This document shows positions 36,138-47,206 of a DNA stretch of 64,000 nucleotides, piece by piece (the stretch's first letter is position 1; every line of letters starts with the position of its first letter). The position numbers were made by a program, and so were the translations under genes. Under the pieces are notes generated by a model. The model was not told where the DNA came from and made no database searches. It worked only from the letters and a program-made list of their open reading frames with translations. The DNA is from Octopus vulgaris. Lineage: Eukaryota. The DNA lies in assembly GCA_951406725.2 (NCBI GenBank), contig OX597839.1, forward strand, positions 12,338,001-12,402,000, written 5' to 3'.

Positions 36138-37114
36138 AATTTGCTCTAGTAAAGAAATAGTATGTAATTCTTTCATTCTTTTATTCTTTTACTTGTTTCA
36201 GTCATTTGACTGTGGCCATGCTGGAGCACCGCCTTTAGTTGAGCAAATCAACCCCAGGACTTATTCTTTGTAAGCCTAGTACTTATTCTAACTTTTGCCG
36301 AACCGCTAAGTTACGGGGATGTAAACACACAAGCATCAGTTGTTAAGTGATGTTGGGGAGGCAAACACACACACACATATATGACGGAGTTCTTTCAGTT
36401 TCCATCTACCAAATCCATTCAGAAGGCTTTGGTCGGCCTGAGGCCTTAGTAGAAGTCACTTGCCCAGGGAGCCATGCAGTAGGACTGAACGCGGAACCAT
36501 GTGGTTGGTAAACAAGCTACTTACCACACAGCCACTCCTGCCCATTATTTTAAACTTGTTTCTTATCTATAAATACACACACACACATAAATGATGAGCT
36601 TCTTTCCATCAACAAAATCCACACACAAGGCTTCAGTCAGCCTGAGGCGATAGTAGAAGACATTTGCTCGAGATGTTGCACAGTAGGACTGAACCTGGAA
36701 CCATGTGGTCAGGAAGCAAACTTCTCACCATGCAGCCATGCCTATGCCCACATCCCCACACATATCTTACAAAAGAAGTTGCATTTGTGTATTTCTATAA
36801 ATGTTTGTGATCTATTTTACAAACTTAATAGAATCTTAGATAATACTGACACTAAAACATCCAACATACTGCTCCTTGAGATCTTTGTGAGATTTGGAAC
36901 AGCTTATATAAAACAACAACAGAACAGCAACAACAACAGCAACAACTGTTCCAAATTTTGGCACAACGCCAGCAATTTTTAAAGGGTGTAGGTTAGTCGA
37001 TTACATCAGCTTCAGTATTTGACTGGTACTTTATTTTATGAAAGGCAAAGTTGGCCTTGGTGGGTAACAACAACAATAATAATAAAAACAAACAAAATAA
37101 CGGCAACACTGGCT

Positions 37115-37120
37115 TTTATT
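37115..37120 (-). promoter_or_regulatory. Candidate polyadenylation signal of the smoothelin-like gene
   Basis: AATAAA on the minus strand about 490 nt after the stop, followed about 20 nt later by a GU/U-rich tract TTATTTTGTTTGTTTTT. Confidence 0.55.
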
Positions 37121-37612
37121 GTTTAACAAACAAGAAACCTTATTAAACTAAGCTCCAGCAGAAATTCTCTCAGAAAAACAGCGGTAACGTAATTGTTCAA
37201 TAACAAAGCTGTCCGATTTCGTGAAAGCATAATCATCATCATCACCATCATCATCGTTATTATTATTAAATATATTTTTTGTTCATTTTTTTGGTTTATG
37301 TTTTCTTTTTATAAGTTAAAATTTCAAAACAAATTGACAAAAAAAATTTTTTTTTTGTTTATTTTTCTTTCTTTTGTTTTTCTCTTGTCCTTGAAAAAAA
37401 TAAATATTCTTTTTTCAAGTGATCCTTAAGGCAAGCAGTTCTACAAGCCAACCAACCAACCAACCAACCAACCAACCCTTAATTGCAAGCCCATAAAAAA
37501 AACCCAACCCCAACCCACACCCTCCGCAGTTTTCTTTACTTTTCATTCATCTTCTCTCCACAGCTACAGGGAGGGTGGGGCTAAGCCTGATTAAAATGCT
37601 GACGGGTTGATC

Positions 37613-37760
37613 TCATGCTTTTGGCATTGCTTTGTTCCTCTCATGTTTCTGAAGTTTTCGGTAGAAACTCTGCACATATGTGAACACGCACTTCCAGTCA
37701 GGTTTCTGCATTTTTACCATGTCATCTGTATCCAGCAATGGGGCAATGTCAGCACATTTC
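37613..37760 (-). CDS. SMTN: Smoothelin-like CH-domain protein, terminal coding exon
   Basis: Acceptor CAG at 37763-37761; (E)KCADIAPLLDTDDMVKMQKPDWKCVFTYVQSFYRKLQKHERNKAMPKA-TGA; phase 2 matches the previous exon; KPDWKCVFTYVQS is typical of smoothelin-family CH domains. Confidence 0.93.
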
Positions 37761-38289
37761 CTGTGTGAAACAAGGAAAGAATGAATAAATAAATAAATAG
37801 ATAAATAAAGGCATATATGTATCTGTATTTTTTATCTTTTACTTGTTTCAGTCATTAGACAGCAACCATGCTGGGGCACCTCCTTAAATATTTAGTAGAA
37901 TGAATTGACCCAGTACTTATTATTTTTTTGTAAAGCCTGGTACTTATTCTATCAGTTACTTTTGCCCAACTGCTAAGTTATGGAGGATATAAACACACCA
38001 ACACTGGCTGTCAACTGGTTGGTGCAGTAGAAACACACACACGTATTCACACACACGCATTCACACACACACAACAGACTTCTTTCAGTTTCCTTTTACC
38101 AAATCCACTTGCAAGGTTTGGTTGGGCTGAGGCTGTTGTAGAAGACACTTGATCAAGGTGCCATGCAATGGGACTGAATCTAGAACCATGTGGTTGGAAA
38201 GCAAATTTCTTACCTCACAAACACACCTGCACCTATATATATATATTTGTTTTGCAAGATTTTTGATGTGAAATCGTGTGTTGAAACAA

Positions 38290-38399
38290 ATATTGTTGTA
38301 TTTAGGAATGGTCATTTTGCCAGTTTAACCAAAGTAATACCAAATATATAGTGCGTGTGTTTTTTATTGGCTAAACTGGCAAAATGACCATTCCTAAAT

Positions 38400-38409
<10 letters not shown>
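38290..38409. repeat. Inverted repeat, 43-bp arms
   Basis: ATATTGTTGTATTTAGGAATGGTCATTTTGCCAGTTTAACCAA pairs with TTGGCTAAACTGGCAAAATGACCATTCCTAAATACAACAATAT. Confidence 0.85.
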
Positions 38410-38438
<29 letters not shown>

Positions 38439-38480
38439 GTATATAGATACACAGAAACACACACACACACACACACATAT

Positions 38481-38750
38481 GTTGTAATAATGAAGTCAAG
38501 TTAAATAGTGATATTTTGAAATCATTTAATAAGCATGTTTCAGGTTTGAGTAATAAAAGACAGGAAATGCATCCATTACGTAAACCTTCCTCAGTTGAAA
38601 TATTTTGGAATATTTTGATACCTTGAAATGCTTTAATCTTGGAAGGTTTACCTTATGGATGCATTTTCTATTATATATTTTGCAAACCTGAAGCATACGT
38701 AATAAATGCTTTCACAATATCACAATTTGGGTTGACATCATTATTACAGC
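38481..38750. mobile_element. Fold-back/MITE-like imperfect palindrome (about 110-bp arms)
   Basis: GTTGTAATAATGAAGTCAA...GTAAACCTTCC pairs with GGAAGGTTTAC...TTGACATCATTATTACAGC. Confidence 0.7.
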
Positions 38751-38915
38751 TCGTACCACTTAATACCAGTACACAAACTAGCTGGTTTAGACTCCACTTA
38801 TGCTGATACTCTAACAACAATCTGGAGTAGTTTGTTATAATTGACTGAAGTCAAAAATTCTGGTACCATGCACAACTTCTTAGTATTATATATATATATA
38901 TATATATATAGATGT

Positions 38916-39218
38916 GGAGGCACAATGGCCCAGTGGTTAGGGCAGCGGACTCGCGGTCGTAGGATCGTGGTTTCGATTCCCAGACCGGGGTGTTGTGAGT
39001 GTTTATTGACCGAAAACACCTAAAGCTCCACGAGGCTCCGGCAGGGTATGGTGGCGATCCCTGCTGTACTCTTTTGCCACAACTTTCTCTCACTCTTTCT
39101 TCTGTTGGCCTGCTCGCTTAGCCAGTGGGGTGGCGTCATTTGAAGGCTAAAACAATGCGAAGCGCATTGTGACCAGCGATGTGTAGCAACATCTGATAGC
39201 CTGGTCGGTCACGGTGAT
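38916..39218 (+). mobile_element. tRNA-derived SINE family C, intronic
   Basis: Homologous to 3201-3511; inserted in (TA)n. Confidence 0.85.
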
Positions 39219-40152
39219 ATATATATATATATTTATATACATACACACATATGCTTTTTAGCACTATACAGCTATACAAAATGCTTTCTCAAGATGAATA
39301 CTGCAGCTTTGTGGCTATCCACATTAAGTAAGACATACAGAATGCTATTTGGTACTAGTACTGCTTCTGTTGCAGATAACAAATTTTTATGCAATTTGCC
39401 AGCTATCTGCAACTCTAGTAAAGGCAAAATTTGTCTAAACATGTGGTTGATAGAAGATACTTGTGGTTATTGATATATAAATATACAGAAATGCTGGTGT
39501 GTTTCTTTTAGCACCATACATCTATATGAGATGCTTTCTCAAGGCAACACAGTATTGCTATATATATATACAGCAGCCTGTTTCTAAGCAAGGTAATATG
39601 TTTCCACAGTTTAATGTTTTTCATGGAAGATTGGAAATTAACAACCGTGCTTGTAGGACAACTGGATCCATTTGCAACCACCATGCCATGTCTCATTACA
39701 AACATACTCACATACACACACATGCACACACACAGATATACGATGGGTTTCTTTCAGTTCACCAGATTCACTCATAAAGTTTTGGTCAGCCTGGAGAAAT
39801 AGTAGAAGACATTTGTCCAAGGTGCCACACAGTGGGACTGAACCCAAGACCACATGGTTGGGAAGCAAGCTTTTTAACCACACAGCCATGCCTATTTATA
39901 TATATATATGTGTGTGTGATGCAGTCCTTACTTTAATGTTCTGTTAGTGACTTACATTATGCACACACACAAACACACACGCACACTCACACACACACAC
40001 ACACACACATACACGCACACATGCACACACACAATCCTGTTAGAAAAACAGCTACCTAGCCATCTAGTTAGATAGATTGACAGTTACATAGCCATACATT
40101 TAGACAAACACATAGCCAGCTAAATTTACTTTAATGGACAAATAATACTTAC

Positions 40153-40304
40153 TCAGCAGTCTGAAATGCCAGGTCAAAATTATATCTCCTCTTTTTAGGG
40201 TCCAAGGCATAGAAGTCGAAAGATTCAGGGTAGAAATGGTGAATAAGGGCACAGAATGCTAATCCATTGGCCCAACTGCTGGAGAAATTTGTGATCACAA
40301 CTTT
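40153..40304 (-). CDS. SMTN: Smoothelin-like protein, CH-domain core exon
   Basis: TAG acceptor at 40307-40305, GTAAGT donor at 40152-40147; KVVITNFSSSWANGLAFCALIHHFYPESFDFYALDPKKRRYNFDLAFQTA(E), the type-2 CH signature. Confidence 0.95.
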
Positions 40305-40803
40305 CTATAAAGATAACAAAGAATACATTACAGGGAACAGGTTGCATATTTAGAATGTAGGGTAATGTTGTAGTAGGGAAAGCCATGGAGGATCGTAGGG
40401 CAATATTATAGGGTAACGATATTGGCTAATAATGTAGGGGTGACAATAGGGGACATTATACAGCAGGCTGCACATTTAGGATATGGGAAAACATTGTAGG
40501 GCAGAAGCAGTGTAGGGTTGTAGGGAAACAGTGTTGGATAGCAATATGAAGTTACAGAGTAGAAGTGACAACAGAACACATTATTGAACAGGTTACATAT
40601 TTAGGGTGTAGGATAACACTGTAGGGTGAAAGTAGTGCAAGGTAACAATATGGAGTAACAAGACAGCATATATAGAAGGTCACATATTCTGTATGTTAAG
40701 ATGTTGGGCAATATTTTAGGGTAATGGCAACATATGGTAACACAGTGTAGGGTTAACAATAACAACCACCCAGTCTATCTAGCTGTAAATAAGTATGACA
40801 GTG

Positions 40804-41211
40804 GGATCTTTTCGGTTTGAACGGCAGTTTTTAATTTCTAGGTAACTAAAAAATTTTAAACTTCGTATACTGGTAGAATGTGTTTATAAAACATCATTTT
40901 CTCTTGGCTTTATTGAGAAAATTCTATAGTTTGTAAGATATTTGTTGTTTTTTTCTTCAATTTCTGCAATTTCAAACAATCACTGACGTCCATTGAGGTA
41001 AAAAACATTCTGTGCCATATGAATATGTCCCTCGTTTAAGAAGCAGATTGGGTTTATTTACATTTGCGAAGAAAAAAGATACCCTTCCCCCCACCCCACC
41101 CTACCCCTAAAACAGATTGAAATGCAATAGATCGATACTAGGGTCATAATTATGGGTGACAATCTCATATGACACCGCTAGAAAAAACTGCCGTTCAAAC
41201 TGAAAAGATCC
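40804..41211. mobile_element. 408-bp MITE with GG/CC termini and 8-bp TSD (Merlin-like)
   Basis: TIR GGATCTTTTCGGTTTGAACGGCAG / CTGCCGTTCAAACTGAAAAGATCC; TSD TGACAGTG (40796-40803) and TGACAGCG (41212-41219). Confidence 0.85.
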
Positions 41212-43140
41212 TGACAGCGTTGTATAGTTCATTATATTGTGTCGATGACAAATAAGCTTAACACTTTCATTATGATATTTCTGTTGAAACACTACTTTTA
41301 CTTCAATTAATTTCGGAAATAATGAAGAATTTGGTAAAATAATTTTGTCATTACTATGCTAGTGTTTTGAACAAAAATTAACATAGAATTTTGAGGGAAA
41401 GTTTTAAGTTACATCATTTAAATCAGTAAGATTTGATCATAGAACCTAGGGTGATCTCAGGCAGATTGGTATCAAAAAAAGGTTAACTGCCAACAGCTCA
41501 GTCTAAATAGCTGTAAGTGGGTACAACAGTGTGATACAGTTCATTGTAGTGTATCCATGACCCTGATACTTGACTGTTAATGGCATTGCCTATCTAGTTA
41601 TAGTCTGGTATAGTTCACTATACTGTGTTCATGGACAAAAGACTTAGCTGTGAATAGGATAATCTATATAACTGTAAGTAGGAACCACAGAGAACACAGC
41701 TGTAATTATGACATTGGAAAGTTAGCTGTAAGGAGCTAGTACCATGTCTGAGATCTTCTCATTCGCCTACCATTATTGAGGCAAAGATCAACACCAGCCT
41801 GCCAGGTAATGACAACCAAACATCAACTACTAACTCCCACATAACTTGTAAATGGCTGATCAATAAAATACTTTAGTTCTTTATAAATTATTATTTGTCA
41901 GTAAATCAACAGAAATATGTATATATAATGTATGTATTCTGTCTATTCAAGTGTGGTCGTTGCCAGTGTCACTGAACTGGCTCCTGTGCTGGTAGCATGT
42001 AAAAAACACTTTTGAGCATGGTCGTCACCAGAACCGCCTGACTGGCCCTTGTGCTGGTGGCACGTTAAGGCACCCACTACACTCTCGGAGTGGTTGGCAT
42101 TAGGAAGGGCATCCAGCTGTAGAAACTTTGCCAAATCAGATTGAGCCTGGTGCAGCTTCTGGCTCACCAGTCCTCAGTCAAACCGTCCAACCATCCATGG
42201 AAAGCGGACATTAAACGGAGAAAAAAAAGTCATATATAAACTACCACACTATAGTGTAAAATTGGCTAAAATTGTTAGTCATTCATCACTGAAGTTATCT
42301 GCAGAAGGACCTTATAAAATTCAGTCCTTTTGTATGTGTGTGCGTGTGTACATATATATATGTGTGTAATTATATATGTGTAATTATATATAATATCAAA
42401 ATCAAAATCATTTCGATGACTGGCATCCTTGCTAGCGGGGTGCAAAGAGCACCATACGAGTGTGATCGTTGACAGAGCAGCTATTCGAGTATGATCGTTA
42501 CCAGCGTGTAAAAAGATTCGAGCGAGGTCATTGCCAGTACCGCCTGACTGGCCCCCGTGCAGGTGGCACATAAAAAGCACCCACTACACTCTTGGAGTGG
42601 TTGGTGTTAGGAAGGGCATCCAGCTGTAGAAACTCTGCCAGGTCAAGACTGGAGCCTGGTGCAGCCATCTGGTTCACCAGCCCTCAGTCAAAATCATCCA
42701 ACCCATGCTAGCAAGGAAAACGGACGTTAAACAATGATGATGATGATGATGATGATGAATATGTATGCAACAAAGCCTCTATGTATACATTTATATATTT
42801 CCTTCTTGAAGCATACCACCTCTCATAAGGGCCAGTTTCCTGGCTTCCATAGTGTATATATTCCCCACCTGGACAGGATGATGGTCCATCACAGGATTAC
42901 TCATTTTCGCCAGCTGAGTGGACTGGAGCAATGTGAAATGAAGTGTTTTCCTGAAGAACACAATGCATTGCTTGGTTTAGGAATCAAAACCACAATCTTA
43001 CAATCATGAGTCCAATATCCTAACCACTAAGCCACACACCTCCATACATTTTATATATTCATGATATATATATATATATATATATATGCATGTACTTTAT
43101 ACATACTACACGAGAGAGAATGTGAGTATGTGTGCATAGT

Positions 43141-43570
43141 AAGCACCATCCGAACGTGGCCGATGCCAGCGCCGCCTCGACTGGCTTCTGTGCCATGGCA
43201 CATAAAAAGCACCATCCGAACGTGGCCAATGCCAGCACCGCCTCGACTGGCTTCTGTGCTGGTGGCACATAAAAAGCACCATCCGAACATGGCCAATGCC
43301 AGCGCCGCCTTGACTGGCTTCTGTGCCGGTGGCACGTTAAAAGCACCAACCGATCGTGGCCGATGCCAGACCCCCTGGCACCTCTGCCGGTGGCACGTAA
43401 AAAGCACCCACTACACTTGCAGAGTGGTTGGCGTTAGGATGGGCATCCAGCTGTAGAAACTCTGCCAGATCAGACTGGAGCCTGGTGCAGCCCCTGGCTT
43501 CCCAGACCCCGGTTGAATCGTCCAACCCGTGCTAGCGCGGAAAACGGACGTTAAACGATGATGATGATGA
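43141..43570 (+). mobile_element. SINE-like element (family D) with about 60-67-bp internal tandem repeats and (GAT)n tail
   Basis: Four units of AAGCACCATCCGAACGTGGCC..., then GTTGGCGTTAGGATGGGCATCCAGCTGTAGAAAC...GGACGTTAAACGATGATG; relatives at 14345, 23190, 41950, 42410 and 58370. Confidence 0.75.
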
Positions 43571-43958
43571 TGTGTATGCATACATGTATGCATAACAATG
43601 GATGTAAGGTTAAGGTTCTAGACTATTGGCCACACAACCATAACTTTATTTCTTATAACCAACATTGTTTTGGATTACCCCTAATCCTCTTAACCCTTTA
43701 ACATTTAAACTAGCCATATCCAACTCAAAAATTCTGCTTTATGTTCAAATAAGCCAGCTCCAGTCTCTCACACATACTCTGCGATGTCATTCTAAAAATA
43801 AACAATCACATCATTGAAATCTCAAAGCTACTTGATAATTCATGATCAATTCAAAGCAAAGTGAATAAATATAAATTATATTTGATTGTGTAATCTGAAT
43901 GCTAACTCGTCAAACAAAGCAGATAACTTTGCTTGTTCTTATTGGTCATAAAACTTAC

Positions 43959-44055
43959 ATCAGCATATTCTTGTGTCATAGCTTTAGTCCATTCCAATAA
44001 CATCTGTTTAATGGCACTGGGGCTTCGAGTAACAGGCTTGGCAGGGGCAGCAAGC
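43959..44055 (-). CDS. SMTN: Smoothelin-like protein exon (CH-domain first helix)
   Basis: Acceptor TTTTCTCTTGTAG, donor GTAAG; LAAPAKPVTRSPSAIKQMLLEWTKAMTQEYAD (compare smoothelin SIKQMLLDWC); phase 0 joins the 40304 exon. Confidence 0.92.
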
Positions 44056-44349
44056 CTACAAGAGAAAATTGCAAAGTTTTAGGGATTGAGTTTGAGCAGT
44101 CTCAGAGATGGAATTGAAAAATTAGGAGTTTTAATGGGGATAATGAATTGCATGGCGGGAAGGAAAAGAGTATAGGGTATTGTGTGGAATAATTATAAGA
44201 ATAGAAAGTTTAGCGAAAGAAATGGTCTTTGGTAAAGGTATTGCAAAGATGGAAGAGTAAAAAAATTAAGAAGTTTTAAAGAATGAAGGGAGCTGGAAAT
44301 GATAGAAGTGAACAAAAAAGTTAATCAGAATAATAAGACCAAAAACAAA

Positions 44350-45235
44350 AACAGTCCTTATACTAACAGGTGTCTTGCGAATGATTTAGAAGAAGATATG
44401 TAAACAGACCTGCAGGACATTCACATATGCACAACATATAGAAAATTTATATCGAAAAGGACTCACCAACAAAGAATATGACTATATTACCAACTTAGAT
44501 ATAAACCTAGTGTCTATATGGTATACCAGAAGTCCACAAAAGTGAAGAATAAGGTAAGCATACTAGGGGACCAATGACATATACATTAATGTCCTCTCAT
44601 CAAATCATCTGGAATTAAGATTAATAATAGCGGTCCAGTATGGGAAACACATGGTCTGAATAAATTTTTAGATATCCTACTCAAGCCTTTCCTTAAGCAC
44701 ACCAGAAATTTCATAATAGATGACTTAGATAAGATAAACAATCTTCAGAAAACAGTCGATGAAAAAACTATGATTGTATCTTTCAATGATGTAAATATCT
44801 CTTCAAACATTTCTCATGAGTTAGGAATTGAGGCCATTAAATTCCAGTTGAATTTCCTCACCATATAAAAATAGAATTTATAATAGAACTTAAAATTTAT
44901 TCTTGAGAATAACTACTTAATGTTTAATGACAACTTATTTTTTTGACAAAAGTACATGATTGCAATGGGTATGATAAGTGCTCCCACCTTTGCAAATCTA
45001 GTTATATGCTATCTAGAAATCACTACAAAAATATGGAAACTCTTTATTTAAATACATAGAGGAAAACTGGAAGAATTGTCTTGATGATTGCTTCATTCTG
45101 TCGAATGAAAGCTTAGAGAAATTAAAAGAATTTAAAATACATTTCAATGGAATATAGTCATAACCAACTATTTTTAGACATCCTAATAAAGAAAGTCAAC
45201 AACCAGACAGAGATGGATATTTACTTTAAACTTCA
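44350..45235 (+). mobile_element. Degenerate Penelope-like reverse transcriptase
   Basis: YGIPEVHKS, FLDILLKPF, FILENNYLMFND, IAMGMISAPTFANL, CLDDCFI, FLDILI motifs with frameshifts. Confidence 0.8.
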
Positions 45236-45339
45236 GAGCTAGCTGAGAAATTTTGCAATTTTCTGCACGAAAATTGTTGTGTGCCTATAAAGACATTTAG
45301 CATACAGTTTGGAAATAGTGTAGCAACTGTACACATGAG

Positions 45340-45660
45340 TATCCAAGTAAACAACAACCTGATGGCATTGGGCATCAAAACTATCCTTCCTACTCCCTAC
45401 AGTAGAGACCTTGCTCCCTGTGACTTTTGGTTGTTCCCAAAGCTGAAGGAGAATATCAGGGGCAGTTGTTTTGAAGATGAAGGAGGCTGTGATGAGGATC
45501 CTGGACACCTTCACTTTGGAGGACTTCCATGGGGCTTTTAGGAAGTGTCTGAAGTGCTACAACAAAGAGCATTGAAGTCAGCGAATCCTACTTTGAAAGA
45601 TGAGTTTGTAACTTCTTTAAAATTAATGTCTCCCCAGAAAAATCTGAAAACTTCTGGAAT
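45340..45660 (+). mobile_element. Mariner remnant
   Basis: GIKTILPTPYSRDLAPCDFWLFPKLKENIRGSCFE (YSPDLAP.D motif). Confidence 0.8.
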
Positions 45661-45736
45661 ACACTTTGTATGTCTTTGTATATCACACACACACATACCA
45701 GCCCCCCAACAAAAATGTCACTATAATAGTACTTAC

Positions 45737-45770
45737 CCTCCTTTTGGAGCATTGGCAGCCATGCCTCCAG
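45737..45770 (-). CDS. SMTN: Smoothelin-like protein, 34-nt exon
   Basis: Acceptor CTTTTTCTGTCCATTTCAG, donor GTAAGT; xGGMAANAPKG(G); ends in phase 2 and joins the 44055 exon in frame. Confidence 0.75.
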
Positions 45771-46952
45771 CTGAAATGGACAGAAAAAGGGTTATGTATT
45801 AATATGCATGTTACAGCTGAATTGAAGTGGTCAAGGATGGTCAAGTCAACAGGGCACTAGAGCAATATCCCTCTATAGAGGGCACCACCAGTCTTGCACA
45901 GATGATGTTCTACAGTTGATCTCACAATAGATATTTTTATAGACATTTCAGTGAAATGGGGTTATAAGGGAACAAAATGTTTAGTCTTAAAAACACCTTG
46001 GAGATGATGAAATAAATCTCCACCAGGATAAAACACCAGTCTCTCACAGGCAGATATTCCCCAGTTGATCTGTTGGTACCTATTACCACACAAAAGCTAA
46101 ATGTGCTGAGGTAATTTGGAATAAAATTCATCAACCATCACTTGTTCATATGCAGTGTATTTAATCTGAATGTCCATATATGGTATACTACATCTGTCTT
46201 TATTCACTGGTGTCTGTTCTCATTCATCCATTTGTGATAAATCAGTGTTAGGTCTGTCCTTGCTCACCATCCATCATGTATTTATCAGTGCTAGGTCTGT
46301 CTTTGCTCACTCAGACCAAGCTAGATCTGCCCTTGCCTAGCCATCTGTGGAATTTCTGTGATCAGTAGTACTAGGTCTGTCCTTGCCACACCCTCTTTGA
46401 CCCATAATCACGTAAGAACACTAGCAAGGAATGTGAACACATGACCTATAAGTTGGTACACCAATGCCTTATCATCTGGATGGTCCTACTCCTTGCCTCT
46501 ACAAGCAACCTAGCTCAACTGAATACAGACAGCAACACAAGTGGCCAAGTGAGAACATACCTAGTACTGTTGAATACTGAAGTGCTACTGGTGGATAAAT
46601 GAGCAAGAACAGGCTTAGTAATGAAATACCATAACTGGGTGAAGGACCTAGGACTGAAAAACCATACAAGTGGTTGAGGGAGGATAAAGCAATACTGAAC
46701 ACTGTACACTCACTGGTACAAGGGTGAGAACAAATGCAGTGCTGAAATTCCACATATAGGTGCATGAAGACAGGCCTATTACTATCCATCAACCCATCTT
46801 CTTTGCCAACTTTTCCTTGGAGGGTTGTGGGGATAGAGTCCTCAAGCACTTCCTCCATAGGGTCCTATCAGAAGTGACTGTCATTACATTTTCCTGCTGG
46901 ATTCTGGAGTGTCACCAACAGAAACTATTGACATTATCCAGCCATCTCATTA

Positions 46953-47206
46953 TCATATTTGGGTCATCTTAATCAATCAACGATGTGTATTCAACTGAAG
47001 AAAGTTACTGCTATTTGCAGTAGTAATTGAAGAGGATCAACTTCTGGGTCATCTCTGCTAATTGTCACCACTCTGTTCTATTCATACAAAGTGGTAGTAT
47101 TTAGTAGAGATGACTTGGAAGTTGTTCCTCTTTGATTACTATTGCAAACAGCAGTAGCTTTCTTCAACCGAATACATGTTGATTGGTTAAAATTACCCAA
47201 ATATGA
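46953..47206. mobile_element. Fold-back/MITE-like palindrome (about 120-bp arms)
   Basis: TCATATTTGGGT...CACCACTCTGT pairs with ACAAAGTGGT...ACCCAAATATGA; mismatches are mostly transitions. Confidence 0.75.

Noticed and set aside
43141-43410. CRISPR-like repeat array
   Set aside because: Whole units repeat with no unique spacers, there are no cas genes, and it is part of a eukaryotic SINE-like family.
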